A DNA stretch of 63,995 nt, the filler included, from Octopus bimaculoides (lineage: Eukaryota): the NCBI RefSeq assembly GCF_001194135.2. It is 8 parts of 7 records of this genome, joined end to end, with 100 filler letters (N's around TTAATTAATTAA, not from the genome) between each part and the next. Parts side by side here need not be neighbours in the genome. Positions count along the whole stretch, not along the records: positions 37,383 to 61,570 come from NC_068984.1; positions 61,671 to 62,692 come from NW_026379487.1; positions 62,793 to 63,995 come from NW_026394840.1; 5 more parts are not named here. The stretch is one strand, 5' to 3'. The notes under the pieces are model-generated. The model worked only from the letters and a program-made list of their open reading frames with translations, made no database searches and had not been told where the DNA came from. Shown here piece by piece: positions 52,441 to 63,995 of the stretch (positions are counted from its first letter, which is position 1; each line of letters starts with the position of its first letter). A program made the translations under genes and the position numbers.

Positions 52441-53973
52441 AGACACATGTGTGTGTACACACACACACATATAATATATATATATATATATATATAAAGG
52501 TGATCTTGATCTTCCATTTAACGTGGAGGTTGAGTTAGTACAAGGAATGTCCTTGAGAGGGTTTCTCATAAAGAATCGTGGTGCATGAAAGATCACGTAA
52601 TTACATCGTAAGCATGTACATAGTGCGTGCGTGTGTGTGTATGCATGTGTGAATATGTGTGTGTGTGAGAGAGAGTATTTGTGTATATACATGTGTATGT
52701 GCGTGCATATATATATCTATTTGTACCTCTGTATGTATACGGAATGTTTATATATACATACATGCACACACACACACACACTTAACAAAAACGGACGAAT
52801 GGTTTATCTTGTATTGCTTCAATATTTCATTAGGAATATTTATCATGAAATAAGCATAATACAGTTGGTTAGACTACGTGATATGTTACATAACGTCCAA
52901 CTCATCAGGCTACCGAATAAACAAGTGAGTATTGACTTGTTGATTAAACAAAAGATCAACAACCAATGAAATTTCTAATGAGAATAACCTAAACTTAAGA
53001 AATTTAAGGTAGGTGTCTCATTACCCTACTAATCTAAAGGAGTGAAGGATGGACAGTGGAATAAGGTCGTAAATATAAGGGCAGTTACAGGTATTAATAT
53101 CCTAAAGAATTCATAAAGTGTTTTTATCCTTCTCCTAAGTTTCCATTCATCGTTGGATAATTTTTTGTACTTTTGAATACTATTGGATTTGTGAATTACC
53201 TAACAGTGAAGACCTATCCCCAATTCATTTTGTGGTAAGCTAATGAATTATTTAACTCTTTTTTGTTGTTTTCTTTTTCTTGCATTATTCTGTTTGCTCT
53301 ATATGTGGCGTACTTCACTTAGATATACCTTGTTCTTTTACGGATCCTATTAATTAAATATATATATATATATGCGTGTGTGTGTGTGTGTGTGTGTGTG
53401 CAGACACATATTTACACACATGCATACATACATTCATATATTATCGCACGTACACACACAAATGCACACACACACATATTTTATTATTTCACTTAGGCAT
53501 AGCGATACTGATTTCCTGGCGTTAGAACTCAAGATGTTCTGAAGCATATGTATATTAAGTTCTATACACAGAGAACTCAATATAGAAATAGCGGAAACGC
53601 TATCTCAAAGACAACGCATTTGGGACTAGTGTCTTGATTTGCATATGGTAAGCATATGGTGCATGTCACTTATTGTTGTTTCCTGTGTAAGTTCTGAAGA
53701 AGACACCACTTGTATTTTCTCATTTTATTTATTTACTTTACTTTCAAGCAACGTAATGATTGCCTTGTTTTCCGACTGCAATAACACTCTAGTATCTGTT
53801 TGAAGTGCAACCTGTCCCACGGCACTCTCGTTGTTAGCTTAATAATCCGATCAGATTGTAGTGTCTTCAGTTCTATACAGGACCGACTGTATCTTGATAC
53901 ATGAATCTATATCTTTTAAAGAATAATTATCGACAACTTGAGTATTAACAGCATCCACGAATTAATTGTCATT

Positions 53974-54258
53974 CTACTGAAACTGAGCTGCAAACATGTT
54001 AACCCGAAACATCATTACTTGAAATGATCTCATAGTACTTTTGTTGTCTGTGCTGAATATTTGCATTCTCTGATCCATTTGATCAAATATATTATAAGTG
54101 TGTATTTCAGCAAATCCGGGCTCGTAATTCTCAGAGTATCTATAATAGGAAGCTAATCGATTAAATACGCGACCACAGGTTTTATGGATATGAATATAAA
54201 TATTAAAATGACGCACCTTGATGTTTTTTATAGATGCAAAATCTTCATCACAGAACAT
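53974..54258 (-). mobile_element. Probable Helitron RepHel N-terminal remnant
   Basis: FAS..KTCGRVFNRLAS..EPGFAEI..RMQIF..MMFRVNMFAAQF resembles the Helitron FAS..KIxGQVYHRIGSL..P.FAQIY..ML.EVNP.A..F region. Recognised from memory only. Confidence 0.55.
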
Positions 54259-54302
54259 TTAGCATCCATCCATATGACAGTTTGCTTGTAGTACGGTTCT
54301 CA

Positions 54303-54564
54303 TCTTTTACTTGTTTCTGTCATTTGACTGTTGCCATGCTGGAGCACCGCATTGAAGAATTTTAGACGAACGACTAGATCCCAGTACCTTTTTTTAAGGC
54401 CTAGTACTTACACTGTCGATTTCTTTTGCTGAACCGCTAGGTTATGGGAACACAGACACACCAACACCAGCGGTAGTGGGGGACAAATAAAGACATAGAC
54501 GCACATACGCACACGCACACACACACACACACACACACAGACGTACACTAGCGTGCACGCACAT

Positions 54565-54599
<35 letters not shown>

Positions 54600-56315
54600 N
54601 NNNNNNNNNNNNNNNNNNNNNNNNNNNNNNNNNNNNNNNNNNNNNNNNNNNNNNNNNNNNNNNNNNNNNNNNNNNNNNNNNNNNNNNNNNNNNNNNNNNN
54701 NNNNNNNNNNNNNNNNNNNNNNNNNNNNNNNNNNNNNNNNNNNNNNNNNNNNNNNNNNNNNNNNNNNNNNNNNNNNNNNNNNNNNNNNNNNNNNNNNNNN
54801 NNNNNNNNNNNNNNNNNNNNNNNNNNNNNNNNNNNNNNNNNNNNNNNNNNNNNNNNNNNNNNNNNNNNNNNNNNNNNNNNNNNNNNNNNNNNNNNNNATG
54901 TAGCTCCTATTAAATGTGTTGAGTGCCTTTTTCTTTCGTTTGTATACTCACTCGTACATACATACATACATACATACATAAAATTTAGCACATAAATACA
55001 TATGCATGCATCTAGACATAAAAACGCATCCATAAAACAAACATACAAATCTGCGCATACACTAACACCAAATACTGCACACACACACATATGCACAAAT
55101 ACCTAGATGATGTTGATAAAAGTTCCAATGAAGGAGCCTTGAATCTATGTTAGAGTCCGGCTCTTTCTCTATGGACAAGAAATACAGAAATGAAACTGAT
55201 TGATAACATACATATGTAAGAACAACAGACCTGATTTAATAATTTGGGGTAGAGAAGAGAATCTGTGTACAGTTGTGGAAATTAGCTGCCCAGCAGGTGT
55301 TAACATTAAGCTGATGGTCAGTGAAAAAGAGGATATCTACGCTGAACTGTTGAGAAATCTGCAGTTACTCTATCCAGATTACAAGTTCAGGTTTATACCT
55401 GTAATTATTGGAGCCCTGGGATATGTAACACACTGCCTAAATACCATTTTTGAGAAATTAGGCTTCTCAAAACCAGAAAGAAGAAAGCTAATTGGAAGAC
55501 TACAGATCGAATCCATCACTGGAACTGTAAAAATCTGTAAAACTTTCCAGAAATTTGTCATTTAAATATATACGAGCATGTCTAGATATGCAACTATATG
55601 CATGAGAATACATACATAAAACAAAACATACAAATCTGCACATATACATACATACATACATACATACATACATACATACATACATACAAAAATGCCCTGT
55701 TGTTGAGGTTGNNNNNNNNNNNNNNNNNNNNNNNNNNNNNNNNNNNNNNNNNNNNNNNNNNNNNNNNNNNNNNNNNNNNNNNNNNNNNNNNNNNNNNNNN
55801 NNNNNNNNNNNNNNNNNNNNNNNNNNNNNNNNNNNNNNNNNNNNNNNNNNNNNNNNNNNNNNNNNNNNNNNNNNNNNNNNNNNNNNNNNNNNNNNNNNNN
55901 NNNNNNNNNNNNNNNNNNNNNNNNNNNNNNNNNNNNNNNNNNNNNNNNNNNNNNNNNNNNNNNNNNNNNNNNNNNNNNNNNNNNNNNNNNNNNNNNNNNN
56001 NNNNNNNNNNNNNNNNNNNNNNNNNNNNNNNNNNNNNNNNNNNNNNNNNNNNNNNNNNNNNNNNNNNNNNNNNNNNNNNNNNNNNNNNNNNNNNNNNNNN
56101 NNNNNNNNNNNNNNNNNNNNNNNNNNNNNNNNNNNNNNNNNNNNNNNNNNNATATATATATATATATATATACGACGGTCTTCTTTCAGTTTCTATATAC
56201 CAAATCCACTCACGGGGCTTTGGTAAGCCCAAGCCGACAGTATGAGACACTTGTCTAAGATACCACACAGGGCGGGGATGAGCCCGGAACCATGTGTTTG
56301 GGAAGCATAGCCACG
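54303..56315 (-). mobile_element. SINE family B halves (3' half 54303-54500; head half 56172-56315), probably one copy split at its internal microsatellite
   Basis: Same strand, order and microsatellite-side junctions as the intact copy at 11068-11420. Confidence 0.6.
55215..55711 (+). mobile_element. RLE non-LTR retrotransposon 3' end (third RLE family), preceded by a diverged copy of its own 3' UTR (approx. 54990-55214)
   Basis: Open frame CKNNRPDLIIW..VVEISCP..FIPVIIGALG..GTVKICKTFQKFVI* (PD-(D/E) RLE). The UTR motif gcat.tctaga.at..cataaaacaaa.catacaaatctgc occurs at about 55005 and 55575. Confidence 0.85.
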
Positions 56316-56888
56316 CACATCTATTGTCTTAAGATTTAAAACAATCAGAGTTGCTTAGCCTGTTCTATGAAAATCAGTCACTTCAGCCTTGTTGAAATAG
56401 CCTGCAGGTACTATGCAGTAGGCTTTGTGAGCTCTGCTTCGTTAGTCTACATCTTAGTAACATCTGATATGTAACCGATCTGTAGTTTCGCATTCCTTTG
56501 CAGCAATAGTTCTTCTTATGTTATATTTTTCGTTATTCTAACATATACTCCTGAATTTTCAAGCTACTTTGGGTTTATGTTAGTCCTTTTTGTACAATGT
56601 ATGTTTTCACTGGTAAGCATTATTACATTGTCACATTGTAATGCGTTGTATTTGTAAATATATTGAAAGAAATATGTAAAAATGATATGGAGAAAGTAAA
56701 CGAAACAGACTATCGATGCTGAGTTGAGGAGTATACCTAGCAGAAGAGTTAACAACGAAACTGAAAAGAGAAACTTGAAATAAGAATATGCTCATGTTTT
56801 TTGTGTTTGTATGTGCATGTAAAAGACAATTAATGAAATATGTATGTTTCCCATCAAACATAAACACTGACGCGCGCGCACACACATG

Positions 56889-56922
<34 letters not shown>

Positions 56923-57033
56923 CATACATACACACACGCATATATATATGTACATACACACACATATGTATACATACACGCACACACATATACATACACG
57001 CACACATATATATGTGTATATATATATGTATCT

Positions 57034-57077
<44 letters not shown>

Positions 57078-57549
57078 GCATATATATATGTATGTGCTTA
57101 CATACATACATGTATATATGCGTGTACCTATGTATGCATGTATGTATGTATACGATATGTGCATACCTGTGCATTTATATGAAAGATAAACAGATAAAAG
57201 AAAGCACCAGAGATGTGAAGATATTGAATGAAAGATATTGTGAAACTGGTAGCAATGTAAAATGCAATATAGGAAACTGATATTTACAATTGAACCTTTT
57301 AAAACTGTAATGTGTTAGTGTGAAGGAGTGCATAAAAGTGAAAAATGTTTGCATTAACAATTGCAAACAATTTATAAATAGAAAGCTGAAAGTCAAAGTT
57401 TGAAAACTTGTGTCATTGATGATTGCAACATGTATGTATGTATGTATGTATGTATGAAACAATGCCTATATAGTTACATATATATAAAGATTCGTAAGTA
57501 AAACCTCCATCTCAGAAATAACTGAGTCGGTACGTTATTGGAAACCGCA

Positions 57550-57585
<36 letters not shown>

Positions 57586-58000
57586 GCATGATGTATAGGG
57601 ATAGGGTGTATGTGTATAAATATAATATAAACACACACATATTAATAAATGTTGAGGGCCCCCGCACCCGTTTTAGATATATCATTCAAGAAACGCTGAA
57701 GGTAAATATCGAAGCCAATGAATTTGCAACTGAGAAGCTGGAAATGCTATATGAATTACATTGAAAATGAAGGAAAACTTAGATGGGGGAAATTGAGAAT
57801 GAAAAGTTGAAATGAGAAATATGATAGGAGCATATCTGAAAAATATGTAGATATGATAAATTCCTGGAAACATAGAAGTGTGATGTATGTATGTATGCAT
57901 GCATTAGTGACCAGGCTGCAATTGGTACGACGAATATTTAGACGCCAAATAATAAATGTCTGAATACAGTTCTACATTTAAGAGATGAGGAATTATGTAG

Positions 58001-58155
58001 ATTATTTACATTATATACATTTGATGGATATTCGTCCTCATCTTGTTTGTTGTCAACAGAACGTTTCGGCTGATATACACTCTAGCCTTCATCAGGTGTC
58101 TTGGGGAAATTTCGAACCTGGGTTCTCATTCCTAAGGTATTTTTCGATGTTGTTG

Positions 58156-58194
<39 letters not shown>

Positions 58195-58290
58195 CCACTG
58201 CCTGGAATCGAACTCGGAATCTTGGGCTTAGTAGCCCGCGCTCTTAACCACTACGCCATATGGCCATCAATTGTAAATAATGTAAATAAT
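58001..58290 (-). mobile_element. tRNA-headed SINE family G with internal (TAA/CAA)n, hammerhead-like motif and 27-bp inverted ends
   Basis: Head 58191-58266 has A-box TGGCGTAGTGG, B-box GAGTTCGATTCC and GGCCA/TGGCC acceptor-like pairing. Inverted repeat 58001-58027 / 58264-58290 matches at 25/27. Confidence 0.8.
58055..58100 (-). ncRNA. Minimal type-I hammerhead ribozyme-like motif
   Basis: GACAC-CTGATGA-A-GGCT-(12 nt)-AGCC-GAAACGTT-CTGTT. Intact core, 4-bp stem II, palindromic AACGTT stem III, GUU triplet; first stem I pair is C:C. Confidence 0.65.
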
Positions 58291-58329
58291 GTGAATAAAT
58301 GTCTGAAGTTAACAGTTTTTGTGCGTTTT

Positions 58330-58584
58330 TGAACGGTTAATAAGTACCTTCCAGCTATAATTGTTATATATTTCCCTTCCGGTCATTCCACAATGTAACC
58401 TCGTGGATATCGGTGGCGATTTTTTCTTCCTCGTTTTTCCCTTCTTTGGACTTTCTTTGTTTCCGACGAAGAGCTCCGCTCGAAATGTCAAATTCTCTTT
58501 CTTTCCTTTCCCGAGCGTCTAGTAACACAATCTGTATCACGTCCTCACGTTGTTGTTTTTTTTGTCTTTTTCCTTTTTTGAACC

Positions 58585-58586
<2 letters not shown>
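58330..58586 (+). mobile_element. Penelope-type terminal-repeat family with hammerhead-like motif at 58459-58493, ending at (TA)n
   Basis: GTTT-CCGACGA-A-GAGC-TCC-GCTC-GAAATGTC-AAAT. Homologous to 22130-22290. Confidence 0.6.
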
Positions 58587-58622
<36 letters not shown>

Positions 58623-58750
58623 TAGATATATGGGTGGGGGGAGTCCCATGCATACAGAAAACCCTACTTTTTCCATCGAGGTCTTATATTCATCGGTATT
58701 AGATTATTTACCTTAGTCAATGCACGTTGATCGCTTAAAGCTTATATATT

Positions 58751-58868
<118 letters not shown>

Positions 58869-59147
58869 ATAATGACTGCCGTAATTAAAAAGTGAGCTAC
58901 TTGAAGTTTTATGCTTGGAAAATGTAGTTTCTAGGAGCGCTGTTTAAGCGTACCCTATACTATTCGGCGATCGTTGAGGCTTGTATTACATGGCTACTGT
59001 TTGTAGAACTACAATAAAAACGAGAAAAATCACGTGAAATAAGTTTCGGTTATTGTATTGGAAGATGCCCCCTTACATATTTGAACACTGTTACCTTTTT
59101 CCCGTTTTGATCACACCTACTAGTGACAGGTTTGACATCCTCTAGAT

Positions 59148-59449
59148 CAGGGGTTTTCAAACTGTGGTCCGCAGACCACAGGGGGTCCGCAAGGACAAGA
59201 CAGGGGGTCCGTGGACAGCAAATACTTTTTATGGGCAATTTGATTTTATATATGTTTTTTAATTGAAATCTTTTAATTGACAATAAACCTATGTGTTAAA
59301 TACTGTTAAATAAATAAATGTAAAAATATATGTTATTTTAAGCAAATATTTATGTATAAATTTCATAAGTGTTTATAAGGGGGTCCGGTCCCTAAGGTAA
59401 AGCCTGAAATATAAGGGGGTCCGCAAGTCAAAAAGTTTGAAAACCCCTG
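59148..59449. mobile_element. hAT (Charlie-like) MITE, 302 bp
   Basis: Perfect 16-bp TIRs CAGGGGTTTTCAAACT. Perfect 8-bp TSD CTCTAGAT at 59140-59147 and 59450-59457. Subterminal AGGGGGTCCG occurs four times. Confidence 0.95.
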
Positions 59450-60059
59450 CTCTAGATAATACTTATTACCTAGAAAACACAACATTCTTCTTTTGTGGGT
59501 GAAAAGCGCATATCCTAACTCCCATGAACAGAATTATCTCCATTGCGCTTAAAACTTTTCTTAACATTTTTTCTTCATTTTTTTTTTTCTCGTTTGTATG
59601 ACACGCTGCCACACCATTACCGTTTGCCAAATCACACACATACAGTACTCGGTCGAGCCGGGTCTTTGGTAGAAGAAACAGGTCCTAAATTCCCGCGTAG
59701 TGTAATCGAACAAGGAACATGTGATTTCTTACAAAGAAACAAATCACGTGATAAAGGCTTTCTCATAATTTTTGTCCTTTAAATCATAACAATGTATTCA
59801 TGCGTTTTGTCCATAAAGAAGCAGACATTTTCATGAGGCGCTTGTTTGTATTATTTGTTTTTCACAATGATGCACTCAAAGACAAACTAATATATAGAAG
59901 GTACATTTGATTATTATTAAATTACACGTAGTATAATATAACTTACTAAAGTAAATTAAGTGGTAGCATATTTAATGCTTGTGGCATTATACAACTTACA
60001 GAATATTTCTGTAAATTTTATGATGCTAATGTCATAATTATAATATTAGTTAGTTAATA

Positions 60060-60461
60060 ATATTGGTTTCAAATTTTGGCGCAAGCCCAGCAATTTCGGT
60101 GAGGGGATAAGTCGATTACATCGTCCCCAGTGCTGAACTGGTGCTCTATTTATCGAACCTGAAAGTATGAAAGGTAAACTCGACTTTAGCAGAATTTGAA
60201 CGCTAAGCATTTTGCCTGACGTGCTATCGATTCTGCCAGTGAGTATTATTTTCTACTATTGGCACAAGGCTCGAAATTTTAGGGGAGGGGCCCAGTCGAT
60301 TATATCGGCTCCAGTATGCAACTGGTACTTAATTTATCGACCCCGAAAGGATGAAAGGCAAAGTCGACCTCGGCGGAATTTGAACTCAGAACGTGAAGAC
60401 AGACGAAATACCGCTAAGCATTTCGCCCGGCGTGCTAACGTTTCCGCCAGCTCGCCGCCTT
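60060..60461 (-). mobile_element. Two tandem SINE family A copies (60060-60240 degraded; 60245-60461 well preserved), tail type 2
   Basis: Core gaaaggatgaaaggcaaagtcgacctcggcggaatttgaactc; head end ccagctcgccgcctt. Confidence 0.9.
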
Positions 60462-60504
60462 AGTCAGTGAGTAATATTAATGTAGTTTTACTGGCTATAG
60501 CGAA

Positions 60505-60570
<66 letters not shown>

Positions 60571-61417
60571 GCACGCACGCACACATACACACGCACACAC
60601 GCACACACGCACACACACAGACACACACACACACACACACTTCATCTGCATTAAAAATGAAGTTAGATTTAACATGATTAATGCATGGAAAACTATAAAT
60701 CTTACTAAAAACAATTATTTAACATGGTAAAAAGAATGTTAGCCAATAGTTAGTATTGTTATAATACTTCTAGGAAAGTACAAGAAACATGTTTTCGGCT
60801 TATTCTGACCACATCAGTGAAATATATCAAATTCATAAAGATGAAAAGCAGAGTAGACAAGTTGGTTTTGAACTCGGGACATCGTAATTGAGAAAACCAG
60901 CTACTATAGAGGATTTAATACGGTGAGCTACCGTTTACTGCTGCTCTATTTCATTTACGCTTTATATTTTAAGATTATGCTGTAGATCAACGAGGTGGAA
61001 GAGAAATAACTGAGTGTCGGAATGAATGTTTTACAGTGTTTAGATATGTCCGACTTAAGAACTCGCTTCGAATCTTTCAATTTACTGCCTTCATCGAGCA
61101 CTCACTCAATTTCTCCCACCCTTCCTCACTCACTCACTCACTCACTCACTCACTTTATTTCTCTCACTTACACACATGCATACTCATATACTACACATAT
61201 ACACGGTCCATAGGAACAAATGCACATTTGGATATAAACAAGAAAACGGGAAAGATAATTCTAAAAATAAACAAAGGCGCGGTCTAGTTAAGACATTTGC
61301 TCTTGCAAGTACATGCATATAGGTTCCATCCCACAGAGGGATGTCTCTTCTATCATAGATTTGTGTTGCGTGACATTCGGTAGAGACCCGTCGTTTCAAT
61401 ATATATATATACACACA

Positions 61418-61503
<86 letters not shown>

Positions 61504-62226
61504 TATGCAGGGCAGGGAATCATCAATTAGTAATAAAATTAATAATTAACAATTCTGCCGGGTAGCTCAGNNNNNNNNNNNNNNNNNNNNNNNNNNNNNN
61601 NNNNNNNNNNNNNNTTAATTAATTAANNNNNNNNNNNNNNNNNNNNNNNNNNNNNNNNNNNNNNNNNNNNAAAAAAAGGAAATGGAAGGACGATACCCTA
61701 AGGAGTGGTAAGAATTTGGAAAATAATTTAAGGTAAGGGAATTAAGGTCAAGGTATTAAAGAAATATATCTATTCTACAGTATAATTAGAATAATACAAT
61801 GAAACACTAAATTACTAAGTTTAAAACTATAGGGAACAATAATAATTAGAACACGATAAACATATCTAGTTAAAATAAGATATACATTAATGTGGGGTAG
61901 TATTATTTATGAGTAAAACCATAATATTAATGGCTAAAACCCGAACAGAAAGAAAGGGGGAAGAAGGAAGAGGAAAAAAGGGAGAGGAATAAAGTTAGAA
62001 AAACAAGACTAAATTAAGAGAATTAAAGCTAAGGTTTTCAAAAAAGTAATAGGTAGAAGGAACTCAGAATTACCTAGAGAAAATGTAGGAATACTATCAG
62101 TGGGTTGGGAAAAGTTAAAATGTATTCTAAGTTTATATTAAAAGTTATAACTCAAATAAAATAGTTAGTCAGGGAAATGAGAGAAACTAAATTAAAAATT
62201 AGCAAGATTTACTTTTTAAAAAATAT

Positions 62227-62598
62227 TTACTTTTTAAAATATTTAAAGGTGCGGGAGTAACAATGCACACATGGAACCCTAAGGTCAGATCTATTGTTAA
62301 TTAGATTAGGATTTTCCTTAAGTTTAAAAATTTCGTAAAGTTCCATAGAGCACAGTCCACAGCCATATCTACTATTTCTATAAGGTTGTGCTCTCCTGAC
62401 AATTTCCCATTTAAGATTAAAATCGATACCATTTTCCTTCAATTCCCAAATTTTATTAGATAATGATGTACTATTGGCTATATGTTTAAGTCTAAATGAA
62501 GAAAAATGATTATATAATCGTTGTTTAAGGTTGATTGTGCAACCAACATAAATGTAATTATTAGTTGGAGTAGTTACTGTACATTTATAGGCTACATA
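62227..62598 (-). mobile_element. Penelope-like element C-terminal GIY-YIG endonuclease, uninterrupted to the stop, with downstream UTR-like region (approx. 61671-62226)
   Basis: YVAYKCTVTT..YIYVGCT..LKQRLYNHFSSF..STSLSNKIWELK..KWEIVRRAQPY..CGLC..LINNRSDL..CVH. Truncated upstream at a TA microsatellite. Confidence 0.9.
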
Positions 62599-63946
62599 AT
62601 ATATATATATATATGTATGTATGTATGTATGCATTCATATACATATATATGTGTGTATATACATATATGTATATATGCATCTATGTATATATNNNNNNNN
62701 NNNNNNNNNNNNNNNNNNNNNNNNNNNNNNNNNNNNTTAATTAATTAANNNNNNNNNNNNNNNNNNNNNNNNNNNNNNNNNNNNNNNNNNNNTGTGTGTG
62801 TGTGTGTGCGTGTGTGTAAGTACGAATGGATAGAAAAAGAAATAGCTTAACAAAAAGAAGTTTAAATTTGTTTTTTCAGCGCATGACTCAGCAATGACCC
62901 TGGAATTAAAGGCTCGTGCGCACACACGTACGCACACACGCACAAACACAAACACATACACACACAGACACGCACGCACACATACACACACTAGCACACA
63001 CATGCACATACATATACTGGCACTTTTAAACTTCATTATTTTTTATGTGGCATCGAAAAGTGTTCTTACTTTATGAACGAACAAATAAGAAATGTTCTAA
63101 AATGTCAATTTTGAATTTAGCTTTAGTTATAAAATTACATCTCACAACAGCTAAAAACGATTTTTTTTTTTTTTTTTGCTTTAGAATTATTGCATATATT
63201 TTCAAATGGTTTTTCATTAAATCGAACTTTTCTCTTTCTTTTGCCTATATTTTTTCGTCATTTTTTACTATTCCAATTCATCAAGCATCTGAAATTAGGT
63301 TGTGGAGCAAAATAAATAATTTCTGATTTCTTGTCATTCTCTTTCTATTTATTTGAAACTATTATTTTGCAAGTATTATATCATTTGTTCTGTTGCATCA
63401 TCTTTGGGAGTAAAAATTGGTCAGCATTGTTCTTGTTGAAGTTGCGAGAGTTTTGAAACAGTCATGTAACAGGTACTTTTCTTTCAAGAAATATTTCACC
63501 TTCGACCCGATTGTAATTGAGGTTGATAATAAAATATCTGGATAATTTTTGGTGTTTAACAATTAATATTCTTTGCTTTGTTGGATTCCATGTCAATTTT
63601 TCCTATAATAATGTCTAATTTGATAACTGTCCATTCTCAAAAAATGATGTCTAAATTGGGGCAAAATGAGTAATGATAAATTTCAATATTGGCGGTATTT
63701 CAGATCAGAACACCCACACGTTAGAGTTTGTCCGTTTTGGCGGTGATTTTTCCAATTTCTTTTTCACCACAGTCTAATTTTAGCATTCTTTGGTATACTC
63801 ACCAGAAACTGTCAAAATTCGATCAAATCGGACCATATGATTGTTCGTTAATTTCCGTAAAAATTTTTTATTCATTTCCTTTTGTTTTAAAGTGAAAGAG
63901 GGGAGAAAGTGAAAGATATATGTACGTGTATATGAAATGGATTTGT

Positions 63947-63994
<48 letters not shown>

Positions 63995-63995
63995 G

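Noticed and set aside
52865-52908. Minus-strand CTGATGA plus 7-bp stem
   Set aside because: The stem is followed by CAAC rather than GAAAC, and stem I does not pair.
58191-58266. Genuine tRNA gene (also the heads near 3090-3170, 5545-5622 and 22915-22995)
   Set aside because: The arms are imperfect and each head is fused to a SINE body, so these are SINE heads.

Overview
AT-rich, heavily gapped eukaryotic draft scaffold. It has seven artificial N44-TTAATTAATTAA-N44 linkers and many N gaps at microsatellites. I found no recognisable host protein-coding exon, and nearly all ORF-track entries are microsatellite or gap artefacts. The window is a dense field of transposon remnants and simple repeats. 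It holds at least five tRNA-headed or SINE-like families, RTE, CR1-like, L1/Tx1-like and R4/Dong-like (RLE) LINE remnants, Penelope-like (GIY-YIG) fragments, mariner and Helitron remnants, hAT and Tc2-like MITEs, and a long palindromic family. The SINE repertoire suggests an octopod cephalopod; this is inference from family resemblance, not a database result. The most notable signal is four minimal type-I hammerhead-ribozyme-like motifs in three repeat families. One sits in a tRNA-headed SINE with 27-bp inverted ends (58001-58290), a candidate ribozyme-bearing non-autonomous element mobilised by Penelope-like elements. Also notable are a 216-bp near-perfect hairpin family, RLE LINEs tied to specific microsatellites (TAA and TACA), and a PHD-type finger inside an RTE reverse transcriptase. 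Family letters A-G are my own labels, and coordinates of degraded copies are approximate.
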